Source: Antedon mediterranea (Eukaryota > Animalia > Echinodermata). Taken from it: DNA of 64,000 nucleotides. Both the position numbers and the translations under genes were made by a program. Location: assembly GCF_964355755.1 (NCBI RefSeq), contig NC_092673.1, positions 7,254,001-7,318,000 on the forward strand, in the 5' to 3' direction. Under the pieces are notes generated by a model, which did no database searches, was not told where the DNA came from, and worked only from the letters and a program-made list of their open reading frames with translations. Of this stretch, positions 1 to 11,800 are shown piece by piece; the first letter of the stretch is position 1, and the number at the start of each line of letters is the position of its first letter.

Positions 1-2556
1 TAGTACAAGAGGTGAAAGTTGCCATATCTCTATCGGTCATTAGCGTTTTTCGAGATACATAAGGCAAGAGGCTGTAATTTGCATATTTCATATAACTTGT
101 ACTAATAATTTGCATACTTTCGAGTTGCTTGACTTTTTGGAATTACTAAACGATCCTATACTGGCTATATAAAACCTGTATCCAAGTCATTTGAGGCCAA
201 AACAAAGTCTGTACATACATTTTAGTTACATTATATGCAAATATTGAGAAATAGGTTCGAGGGTCAAATGTCATACTTTCGATAATTTTTTTTTCAATAA
301 TGACCCAGATACAGGTTTTCTATAGCCAGCATAGAACTGTTTAGTAATTCTCAAAATCACACCTCTGTTACTTCGCTTGAAAGTATGCAAATCAGTAGTA
401 CTAGAAAGTTGCCATATCTCTCTCTCTCTCTCGGTCATTAGCGTTTTCGAGATACATAAGGCAATTCACTGTAATTTGCATATTTCATATAGCTTGTACT
501 ACTAATTTGCATCCTTTCGAGGTGCTTGACTTATACTGGCTATATAAAACCTGTATCCGAGTCATTTGAGGCTAAAACAATGTCTGTACATACATTTTAG
601 TTGCATTATGCAAATATTGAGAAATAATAATAATAATATTCTGGATTTATATAGCGCCTAATGTTGTGAAACCTCTAAGCGCTGTACATAAACTAATACG
701 AAAAAAGGGAATTCCAACCATGCCAAAATGAAGGCGTGATTTTGGGAATTACAAAGCGGTCCTATGCTGACTATAGGAAACATGTATCCGAGTTATTTGA
801 GTCCAAAACAAAGTCTCTACAGACATTTTAGTCGCATTATGTATGCAAACATTGATAAATGGGGTCGAGGGTCAATTGTTGTATTTCCGGTCATTTTTTC
901 GTAAAATGTTTCATTAGAGTAAATATAAATATGTACATTCTGAACAAGTTATTGAAAAAATCAACTCTCTAGCCTTAGTGGTTTTCGATATATAGGAACC
1001 TTTAATTTCACCCTCTAATTTGCATATTTCATGTAACTTGTACTAATAATTTGCATACTTTGGAGGTGAGTGATACAGGTGTGATTTTGAGATCTACTAA
1101 ACAGTCCTATGTTGGCTATTAGAAACCTGTATTGGAGTCATTTGAGGGCAAAACAAAGTCTCTACAGACATTTTAGTTTCATTTATATATGCAATATTGA
1201 GAAATGGGGTCGAGGGTCAAATGTCATACTTCCGGTCAATTTTTTGTAAAATGTTTCATTGGAGCAAATAGAAATATGTACATTTTGAATACGGCTGTGA
1301 AAAAATCAGCTCTCTAGCATTAGTGGTTTTCGAGATATAGGACAACTGTAATTTTTTCCCCTTATTTGCATATTTTATTTAAATTGTACTACTAATTTGC
1401 ATACTTATGAGGTGTGTGACAAAGGTGTGATTTTGGGAATTACAAAGCGGTCCTATGCTGACTATAGGAAACATGTATCCGAGTTATTTGAGTCCAAAAC
1501 AAAGTCTCTACAGACATTTTAGTCGCATTATGTATGCAAACATTGATATGGGGTCGAGGGTCAATTGTTGTATTTCCGGTCATTTTTTCGTAAAATGTTT
1601 CATTAGAGTAAATATAAATATGTACATTCTGAACAAGTTATTGAAAAAATCAACTCTCTAGCCTTAGTGGTTTTCGATATATAGGAACCTTTAATTTCAC
1701 CCTCTAATTTGCATATTTCATGTAACTTGTACTAATAATTTGCATACTTTGGAGGTGAGTGATACAGGTGTGATTTTGAGATCTACTAAACAGTCCTATG
1801 TTGGCTATTAGAAACCTGTATCGGAGTCATTTGAGGGCAAAACAAAGTCTCTACAGACATTTTAGTTTCATTTATATATGCAATATTGAGAAATGGGGTC
1901 GAGGGTCAAATGTCATACTTCCGGTCAATTTTTTGTAAAATGTTTCATTGGAGCAAATAGAAATATGTACATTTTGAATACGGCTGTGAAAAAATCAGCT
2001 CTCTAGCATTAGTGGTTTTCGAGATATAGGACAACTGTAATTTTTTCCCCTTATTTGCATATTTTATTTAAATTGTACTACTAATTTGCATACTTTTGAG
2101 GTGTGTGACAAAGGTGTGATTTTGGGAATTACAAAGTGATCCTATGCTGGTTATTAGGAACCTATGTCTGGGTCATTTGAGGGCAAAATAAAGTCTCTAC
2201 AGACATTTTAGTCACATTGTATATGCAAACATTGGGAAATGGGGTCGAAGGTCAAATGTTGTACTTCCGGTCATTTTTTCGTAAAATGTTTCATTAGAGT
2301 AAATATAAATATATACATTTTGAATAGATCAGTGAAAATATCAACTCTCTCGGACTAGTAGTTTTTGAGATATGGTAACCCTGTAATTTCACCCTAATTT
2401 GCATATTTAAGCTAATTTGCATATCATCGGGATGAGTGACAGAGGTGTGATGCTCAAATTTTGATCTCCTCATCATATATGACCATTTAAAAAAGAAAAA
2501 TCTCTGTTTGCAATTTGTTTCACTTTGGGCTGTTTTTTTTTGCTAGATTGACTAGC
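1..2556. repeat. Tandem array of ~345-bp monomers arranged as a ~690-bp A/B dimer; possibly the subterminal region of a large DNA transposon
   Basis: GGGGTCGAGGGTCAA recurs at ~861, 1206, 1550, 1895, 2241 (spacing 344-346). 738-1428 is nearly identical to 1429-2117. A monomer segment is inverted at ~301-415. The array runs off the left edge. Confidence 0.9.
624..692 (-). mobile_element. 3' tail remnant of an L2/CR1-type LINE or partner SINE
   Basis: Minus strand reads ...GCGCTATATAAATCCAGAAT(ATT)n; a similar tail is at ~56365-56447. Confidence 0.5.
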
Positions 2557-3004
2557 CTATATCTATCTATTTACCTATTATTTATCATCGTTTTTGGTTG
2601 GATCTTTATTAATTTCTTTTGTTAATGTTTCTAAATATTTAAACATGTAGAATGTACATTGTGCCCTTAATTTAGTGTAACTTTTATAAACTAACTGACA
2701 TATGTTTACGACGAATGGTAAAGAGATTTCTATTGTCAATTTCTTCGTCGTCGTCGACAACCGTTTACAATTTATAATTGTGGAAAATCGAGAAAAAACT
2801 TTTATTTATTTATCTTTTTTTTTTGTGTTTTTACCAATCTGTAAAATGAGGACTTTAAGGATTTAAAATAAAATACAATTGTTGATGTTTTTAAAAATGT
2901 TTGTTTCGCTCGATGGTGTGTTGTGTACAAGGATGTCCAATGCTGTACTGTACCAATTAAATATACAAAGGTTCCGATCCCTTTTACAAAACTAAAACAT
3001 TGAT

Positions 3005-3322
3005 TACATTATCAAACCTTATGTGAAAAAAAAATTTGATGTACCACTACCATATTTAAGCATAATCACTACCATATTTGGGAACATCACACTTGTTTTT
3101 GTCAAACTAGTTTGATAGTGTAGACAGAGCTTTCGGTATAATGCATACAAATATACTGTAATGTATAAAGGCTTTGGTGGAACTGTGTGTTAAAAAAAGT
3201 GTGATGTGCCCAAATATGGTAGTGATATGCTTAAATATGGTAGTGATATGACATCGTCATGTTCATATACGGGCACATCACATTGTTTTGTCACATAAAG
3301 TATTATAGTGTAGAGAGAGCCT
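3005..3322. mobile_element. Degenerate or partial copies of MITE family B (TIR AGCTCTGTCTACACTAT)
   Basis: GATAGTGTAGACAGAGCT at ~3115-3132 and a variant at ~3305-3321; internal CACTACCATATTT motifs shared with the copies at 13145 and 50583; another fragment at ~3676-3730. Confidence 0.65.
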
Positions 3323-4251
3323 TACAGTGTTTTTACCTAAAATCTTTTGCGTCCATAATCTTGATATTGACTTCTGTCGATAGCTATTGTAGTGCCCTCG
3401 GAAATAAATATACATGAAAATGAAGAATTATAAAATCATAAACAAAATATAACGCCACGTATATGTAAATAGTTGGTTAAACTTTCACTTAGCTGAAATA
3501 GGCTTATAAGTGATATTACTTAACAAAATGTTGACAAATGGTGCTTACGTCATCTTGATGTGTAGTTCTGGTTTGACAGTGGTGGCCCTCGGCAAACATC
3601 AAAAGAAAAAAAAAAGAATTACACAAGTTATAAACACAACCGGACAAAGGTTTTGGTGAAATAGATAGAATAACGCTCTGTCTACACTATCACACTTGAA
3701 CTGAAGTGTGATAGTGTATAGACCGAGCTTAAGACTATAGTTGTACAGGTGTGATATCTTACCTAAATTGTGATGTTGTTGATTTCTTGTTGATGTTTGG
3801 TAGCGCTTTCGTCAAGTATTCATAAAAAGGGAAAATAATTTATCAGAAATAACAAAATATAACGTATAAACGATGTGAAAGAGTCAGTAACATAGTAACA
3901 CAATTGTGATTGATCGTTCACCTAAAATATGTTGTTGGAACATCACCTTAAAGGAAGATATAAACAAAATAAATATATCCATTTTGGTGGATAAGTTCTG
4001 GCACAACTTTATTGTTCTTACCTAAAAATTAAATTAAAATATTACTAACACTATCTTCATGTCCAGTTGTAAGTCGTCGTACAGTAGTGCCCTCGCCAAT
4101 AATATTGATGAAAAGAAAAATGAAATGATTTAGAATTATACAAAATGTTCACTACCAATACCTTATTTATAAAAACACAAATTGTATTAAAAGAAACTAC
4201 TTCGAAAAAGCTAAGTTTTAGAAGCTTTGTTGTTATCTCTATGATTAGTAA

Positions 4252-4433
4252 GGCTTGGTTCCCACTAGCGACGCCACACAAGGACGTAACGCAACGCAGG
4301 TGAATTGACCAATCACAAGCGATGGCTTATTCGCTTGTGATTGCTAACTGTCTATAACTTCGCTTGTCATTGGTTAAAAGTACGCTTGCGTTGCGTTTAC
4401 GTCCTTGCCTTACGTTCTAGTGGGAACCAAGCT
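4252..4433. mobile_element. PIF/Harbinger-type MITE family A
   Basis: TIRs GCTTGGTTCCCACTAG / CTAGTGGGAACCAAGC with TAA on both flanks (3-bp TWA TSD); related copies elsewhere in the window. Confidence 0.85.
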
Positions 4434-4809
4434 TAAGTAATTATTGTGGTTGAATGGTCTTACCTAAATCATCTGAGCATATCAGTCAGATTCGTGATGA
4501 AATGAATGGTAAAAAAATACAGTAATTTAAAAATAAGGTATTTCTCTTATATAAAAGTATACATAATCTTAAAAGTAAAAACATATTATCTTAAATACAA
4601 TACAATTAATAAATTTACTTATAATGGGTTAAGGGATTGTCACTAGTTCACGTCATTTTGGTGGCAAACCTTAAAATAGAGAAAAATACAATTGTGTTAA
4701 TTAGGAAAAATATTAATGAGGTTCTTCAATAGAAAGTGCTTTTAATGTTTCTCAGACAAATTACAGCTATTAATCATTGAAATGTTATGAAGAGTTATAG
4801 AAAATCAAA

Positions 4810-4926
4810 TTTATAGTCGCGTGCAACGCAACTCTACAGCTCACTATGTCGGGCGGTCGGTTGGTCGGTCGGTCGGTAAACACTAACTTGAGCACGCGAC
4901 TGCAGCCATGTATATATGGCCTTGTT
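4810..4926 (+). mobile_element. Helentron-associated non-autonomous element (HINE/DINE-1-like)
   Basis: Subterminal inverted repeats AGTCGCGTGC (4815-4824) / GCACGCGACT (4892-4901), internal (GGTC)n microsatellite, 3' hairpin GCCATGTATATATGGC followed by CTTGTT, T-rich ends. Confidence 0.75.
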
Positions 4927-5285
4927 AACTAAATATTGTAAAAATTATTTTTGTAGTTTCAATTCATTAAATTGAGAAATTATACCAATTAATTAACAAA
5001 TTGTGTGTACTTACTTTAATACATACTTACCGTACCAATAGCAACAAGTTCATTTTTAAAAATATTTTTATTTTTACATATTATTATGCGAGTTTATCAT
5101 ATTTATTATTAAAATTTAAGTAAAACACACATAGAGAGACGTGACACAAACAATGATGATGTTTTTATTTTCATGTTTTTTTATATTATTTATTATGATT
5201 TTTATATTATTACTATATAGGCCTATTATTCGTTTAATATTATCAATCACTATTATTATTAGTTGTGTGTGTGTTTGTATGAATG

Positions 5286-6669
5286 TTAATAATTATTAAC
5301 TGGTCTAAAAGCTCGGCATGTTGGATTTATCTTTTCATTTTCTATAATGGTGTTCAAGATGTTGATTACACGATCTAGAGAAAGTCGATCATCCGCATCA
5401 AATGCTGCACACGCTTCTCCAAGGTTAATCATCTCCCTGCTTCTAATTGATAATGCTAACATCTTCATAACATGACCGACGGAATACACGTCACCCTTGA
5501 CTGAGTCGCAAGCACCATCAAGGTACTTTTCTGGTGCTACATCTGGATAATCTTGGTGGAACTGTAGGGCCTCGGCCACCGATGAAAACTTTATCTGCCT
5601 ATTTCCTCTTGGGTATTGTATTCTGCATGCCATCCCGAAGTCTGTAAGCTTCGCTCTATAGCTGGTTCCATCATGGTGGACAAGGATGTTTCTAAGCGCT
5701 ACGTCATTGTGAAGAAGTCCTCTTTGGTGGATTGTATTGAGGGCGATGACAACTTCTAATGTCATAGACATACATTGAAGCGCACTTAAAGATGGCCGTC
5801 CAGTTCGCAATACATGCAAAAATGTTGTACTGGACATGTTGTGAGTGTTTCCAATAAACTCCTGTACCATACAGCATACGTGACCTTGACGAAAAACGCC
5901 AAAGACACGAGGAACAGAAGGTAGATCATCTAAGAACTTCATGACACGTGCTTCTACCACCATCTTGTCCCATGCTTCATCAGGATTGTTATAACTGTTC
6001 AAAAAAGCCGTCTTAACTGCGACGAGGTGTTGATGACCTGGAAAAAGATTGGATAACATCAGGTCAACACGACCAAAACTTCCCTGTCCAAGACGTATGG
6101 GATTACCAAGGTCGGAGACACTTCCGCTATCCAGTAACCTCACAGGCGGCAGCATTTCCGAAAGTTTTGCTATAGGATCTATATTGTTACGGACGGATGT
6201 TGGTGAAGTGGTGGTGGTGTTACTTGTCGATGAAGTCGAAGAACCATTGACGCTACTGGCAGATGATAATGGCCATTGTGATGACGAAGGTGATGGCACA
6301 CTACAAAAACTATTCTTTTCTGGTGGTATCTCACCGGGTGATAACGTGGATGTTGGTAGTTTTAAAATACGCTGGGCTGGAGAAACGGTAGGAACATGTT
6401 GCCTTCTTGGGGGAAAGACCTCTCCTCTGGGTGTTACTATCTGGCCAGGAGAATGTGCGAATGTCGATGACCGTGGCCACAAAGACGATTGTGAGGTTGT
6501 TGTTGATGATGATGATGATGATGGCGACGACGACGACGATGACGAACTTAAGTTGCTATCCGTTGATGATTCATCACTTCTGATACAAAGAAGATGAAGC
6601 ACTGCTGTCCAAATCCTTCTAAATACTGACTTTCTTCTTGTTTGCTTGGGTGGTGCATCTTGTTGCGAG
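5286..6669 (-). CDS. Atypical protein kinase (TK/TKL-like, non-RD), exon 2 of 2; Ser/Thr/Pro-rich linker plus the whole kinase domain; full protein 483 aa
   Basis: Motifs GQGSFGRV, VAVK, alphaC E, HNDVALRNILV, DFG, APE, DVYSVG. Acceptor TAG ends at 6670 and the exon stays in frame with the ORF at 5286..6602. Confidence 0.9.
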
Positions 6670-6838
6670 CTACTTAAATCGAAACGTTATAATCATGAAA
6701 ATAAATACCAAAGATAAACGACTTCAATAAATAGGCCTAACTTATACTATAGAAATAAAATAAGTCAATAATATTATATGTAATGTGCTAAATTAATATA
6801 GATATTAATTTGGAATAAAATAATACTGTGTAATATTA

Positions 6839-6888
6839 ATTCATTCATTCATTCATTCAATCTTTTATTTCGGAATCTCTGGTCCATA
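6839..6888 (-). mobile_element. Retroposon 3' tail with (TGAA)n end, in the kinase intron
   Basis: Reverse complement TGGACCAGAGATTCCGAAATAAAAGAT(TGAA)n matches the plus-strand copy at ~53830-53864. Confidence 0.6.
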
Positions 6889-7265
6889 GAAAGTAAAAAT
6901 TACATATAAATAAACTAAACAAGACTAATTAGTACTACTCATCTCAGGATGGCATTCCACCCGGAGAGCATCTTCGACTTAACTAAGACGTTGCTTAATA
7001 AATAATAAAGCCTCATTAATTATATAATTATTATTATTTCTGTTACTCCTCACTTGACCAAAACAATATAGCTAGTAGAGACAGGGGAACATTTCATTTT
7101 AAATTTCCTGGCTCTCGTCACTAGTACTAGGCCTAGGCCTTTTTAAAATAAGGCCTACTACTATGTAGGGCCTACTAACTTAACGGCCCAGTTCTATGGC
7201 CTCCTAAGTAGGCCTATACTATTTATATGTAATACAAAAAAATATGCTAATATTTTGTGGCCTAC

Positions 7266-7333
7266 CCGGCTCCAATTGAGTGGTCCTTCGTCGTAATGAT
7301 GTCTTGTTGAAGCTCAATCGATTTGTTAGCCAT
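7266..7333 (-). CDS. Atypical protein kinase, exon 1 (MANKSIELQQDIITTKDHSIGA-G)
   Basis: ATG in AACATGG context at 7333; 68 nt open; donor GG|GTAGGC in phase 2 matches the acceptor of exon 2. Confidence 0.75.
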
Positions 7334-7488
7334 GTTTGGTTCCAGTCACTTAGTATAGTTTTCGATTCGAATTCCGTGCACGCGTTTACTTAGCAACACA
7401 ATTTGCGAAGAGCACACACAGTGTAAAAAACAACTGACAGAGAGAAATCTCACAGATTGTTGTCGATTTTTAGGTGGCCGATGCGCTG

Positions 7489-7496
7489 CTTATATA
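7489..7496 (-). promoter_or_regulatory. TATA box of the kinase gene
   Basis: TATATAAG on the minus strand ~155 bp upstream of the ATG, in a locally CpG-rich segment. Confidence 0.55.
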
Positions 7497-8827
7497 GATA
7501 ATTTTAAGCGCGCGTGCGTGCACGTTCGAAATGCATCTTTTTGTTCTATGCGTGGTGAAAAGAACGGTCGGAATGTTCCATGGTTGCCATGATACACTTT
7601 TCGAATTCCATAGATTTTCATGTCGGAGTCCTGTCCACATTCACATTTTAAGCCAAAGCACAAGTGGTTTTAATGTTCATATTAGGCCTATGGCGTTAGG
7701 CCTATGTAAAAAAATGGATGGTATCTTTCAGGTTGACTTGCTGACTAAATTGAACATTTCAACAATTGAAAGAAAGGGGAACATTGATTTCTCAAAAGAA
7801 CCCAGATAAAGCCCCTCCCTCCCACATCCCGCCCCCGCTATATACTGGTAAATAATTTTTTTTTAAATCACACTCACTCTCAAATTACGGCCGAAGCCTA
7901 GACCACCCATTTTTAAAAATTAATGTTCTAAATAATGATCACTCGTCTTATATAGGCCTACCAACTCTATCAAAATATGTGGATTTATCGGAATAACGCC
8001 GACTTATTGTGGAAGGGACATCGCTGCTATAAAAACAATTAATGGAAGACAATTCCACAATTATTTTCTTGCGTTTGAGAGAACCTAGAAGTGTTCTCAT
8101 TCTTCTCGTTGACTTGTTTTACGTCTATACTTAATATTTCGTCTTTTCCAGATCGTTAACCCATGAACCTATTAGTATAAATTAATTATAAATAAATAGG
8201 TCCATGGTTAACCCATGTACATGTATATATTTTAATGTTGACTACCGTACTTTATATTATCCTTTAATTTCTATTGAATGATTAAAAAGAATGCCACCAA
8301 AGTTGGCCTCTGTGTTACTATATAGTTACCGAATCAATTACAGGCCTCTCGGGTCAACGAAAATGCTCGGTGCTTATTAAATCGTTTTGATTTTAATTGT
8401 TGAACCACTTCAACCATATAGGCCTATATATCTCGACCGGATAATAATAATAAAAACATTTTCAGCAACACATGACAATAACCCACATATCATTATTTAG
8501 ACTTTTACCATTCGCATCATTTGGTCCATTGTTTGGTGTAGAGCCCTTATTTGAAATACGATTTTTTCTGCAAAAACGAGAACGATATCAATCATAGTTT
8601 TCTTATATAATATAAAACAAAAGACGTTAGAAAAGTTTTCAATCTTGTTTGATAGTGGGTGCTTAAATTTCCCTTTCGCAGCATGCACGATCTTAAAACC
8701 CGGGTTTATCTCTAATTGGCATGGTGTGGTGTGGACGACAATGCCCTTTGGACGAAAAACACATTGTGTGTTAGAACGCCCTGTTTATGAATAAACATAA
8801 CGGTGTGCCCATCCCCAGCCTAGAATC

Positions 8828-8855
8828 ATGTCGCTGAAAGCGGTTGTTGGAACGA
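8828..8855 (+). CDS. STXBP1: Munc18/STXBP1-like exon 1
   Basis: MSLKAVVGT; donor A|GTAAGT. Confidence 0.9.
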
Positions 8856-11800
8856 GTAAGTATCATTTAAAGAACGTTTCTGTTATGTATTAGTATTGTT
8901 AACATCTAGTTTATAATCTTAAATTGTTTATTGATAGGTTGTTGCAATTTTAGCCATTTTAGAAGTTGCAAAACTAGATAATTTGTCCATTTACATGAGG
9001 TGATATTAGCGCGTTACCGCCCTGTCATAAACATTTACCGATTCGTGTCAGGCGAGACGACGCTCTCGTTCCCCGTGATTATTCTCAACAACCTGCTTAC
9101 AGCGATTGAAGACTTGGGCCTAGGATAATTTGACATTTTAAATATACATGGATATTGATAATTTATAAAATAAATAGCAAACAAATGTTGTTTTTTCATA
9201 TATTGTCTCATATTATGCATTAATTAAGTTAAACTGCACGTTGTATAATGTATTGACTGAAAATAAAAAGGGACAAAATAGCCTAGTTTTAGGGCCAGGC
9301 CTAGCCGAGCCTAGGCCTAGTACATTCAATTAGCCTAGACTAATATTTAATGCCTAAGAAAGGCTTATCTACCTAGCTACAGGCAAGCATAGGCCTTATA
9401 ATTTACTATTTTTTAGACCTACAGTAGACATAGAAAGTAGTAGCCTTAATCTTTTACTCGCCATCGTCAATCTAAATCAATCAGATCTACTAATATTAAT
9501 AAAGTAGGCTACTACAGTATAAAATAGGCTACTATGTATAAAATGGCTAGTTGGGTAGGGTGAATTTCAAGCCCTTTAATCAACATTGTAGTTAATGTAG
9601 ATGTGTATTTTCTTATTTTCATATTATGCTTTTTAAATAACTAGGCCTATCGAATAACACTACATTATGAACTTTACTGTTTAGAAGATGTAGTTTTGGT
9701 GAGCTATCTATGCATAGCTCTCAATGTTTTTCTTGATTTTCTACACATGTATGTATTCTCAATATTAGTACTGAGGATGTACAATAAAACAGTAAAATTG
9801 GATAATAAAAAACTTCATTCAAAAAAATCAAACTGCTGTAATCAGTCTACAGTACTGTAATCAGATAGGATTACTATAAATCTTGTTGTTTATTGCTGGT
9901 ACTGTAGGTTTGTACAGTAGACAACATCAAATAATCTTATTCAATTTTAGTCATAGCAGATCTATATACTAACTGTTTAACTTGTGACTATAGTAGAATA
10001 AAATAATTGGGGTTTGAATGAAATAGAACAAACTATGAAAGAAACATCAGTAGACATCTACAGTACCATAATGTTAATAATAATGTATTCAATTAAATAG
10101 CTTAAAATAAAAAGGATTCCTAGACGATCTCATCTATGAACGCAACGGTAACGAGGCCTAACGTTCCTTTACTTCGGTGATCTGGCGAGAACCGGTGTTT
10201 TAAAACAATACGGTATCCTCAGCAATAAACTGATTGCTAATGTAACCTTTAGTTTATTATTACTGAGAATGAATTAATGTTATTGAACTTGATGGTGTAC
10301 CTGTAGATGTCTAAAAGACATTTTATTGTTTGTCAGTAGCGTGCGTTCTCCCTCCCATTTTGACAGCTAAAATAAAATTATGACATACCTTTCGATACTT
10401 TTGACAGACTATTTTATGTTAATGCTTTTTATTTGACAAATTCTTGATCCGACCTGCTTGTTTATTACCATACAGTATAGTACCCAGGGAAAAATTTCAT
10501 CTTAAAATTTCGTTTAGCAATATTGCTAATAAAACTGATGTTTGAGTCGAGAAACATAGTTTTCTATAGTATATTTTGCTACACAATTGTAGAATTGTGT
10601 AGCAAGAAGGTTGTTTTGTATAGCTTTTTGCTTTGCTACACTGGCGAAATTATTCCCTGGTACCCCAATACATATAATGGTATAGCTTCAAAGATGTTTG
10701 TGATTTTGCTTTATTACAACTCACTGTAGTGTAAAGTTCTAGTATATTCTTCTCAAGCCATCCATTTGGTTTTATAAAAATAAAGGTTCTTGGAATTGTT
10801 GCTTTTAAAACATTTTTAAACCAGAGATTTAACCAGAGATTTAACCAGGCAATGGTTTGTACTGTATATACATAATTGTGTAGACTTAGAAATATTGCTA
10901 TGTAATGGCTGGCATATAATTGACCTGTGTATTGATGTGATATGAAATGCTAATAAACTTGACTCCAATAGACATTAGAATTATGTGTGTCTTTCGTGGT
11001 CCGCAATATTTACAGAAGGGTACCTATAGTAAATATTTGACCAAATAACAAAAAACATGTCTAAACTGAATCTAACAATCTGCATATAAAGTCAAAATAT
11101 GTTCCCAAAGGTATTCACATGTACAGGAGTAATATAATCTTATTAAAAATTCCAATATTTAAATTATTATTTGTTGGGATATCGTAGAGTATTGTCGTCG
11201 ATGGTAATTAGATAGCCCGTGGTTTGCTATGTTTTTCTTACATTCGCCATTCAGCTAGCTTAAGATGAAATATTGATCTGCTCGCTGCTGCTGCACATTG
11301 AAGTCGCTCAGCCGTGACTGCATTTTAACTGTAGCAATTGTGCCAGTACATAATAATATCATCTTGAATAATCATATTCATCCCAATCTCATTGACAAAT
11401 TCACTGTAGATATTATAGTCGTGATAAGTTAATTTTTTTATAAAATGCTCAAATTGATTTTTTAGTAGTACAGTATACAGTAGATTACAATTAATTTCTG
11501 TCTACTCAGCTAATATTTGTATACAATGTACTGTACAATAATTGAAGCAATAAAATTATATTCATTACTGATTATTATTATTAATTGAATAAGATGGTGT
11601 GAAGTGAGGAAAATTTGGATTGCTTTTATGATAATATGTTGCAGCTCAGTCTATGATATTTTGCTATTAATAATCAATTCAATATTATCTTTCCCAGTGT
11701 GGGTGTGTGAATATTTTTTATTTATTACTGTATGGTATGATAATATATTTTTAATTAATATCCAAAACTCGCCATGAATGGTAGATAAAATATCAATCAT

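Noticed and set aside
1455-1661. Short ORFs in the left-edge array (also 2294..2476)
   Set aside because: Lie in tandem repeats; the paralogous copy has a 2-bp indel that breaks the frame.
6049-6597. 182-aa plus-strand ORF with an acidic tract
   Set aside because: Antisense shadow of the kinase's Ser-rich region (TCA/TCG codons read as GAT/GAC); starts at TTG; no independent features.
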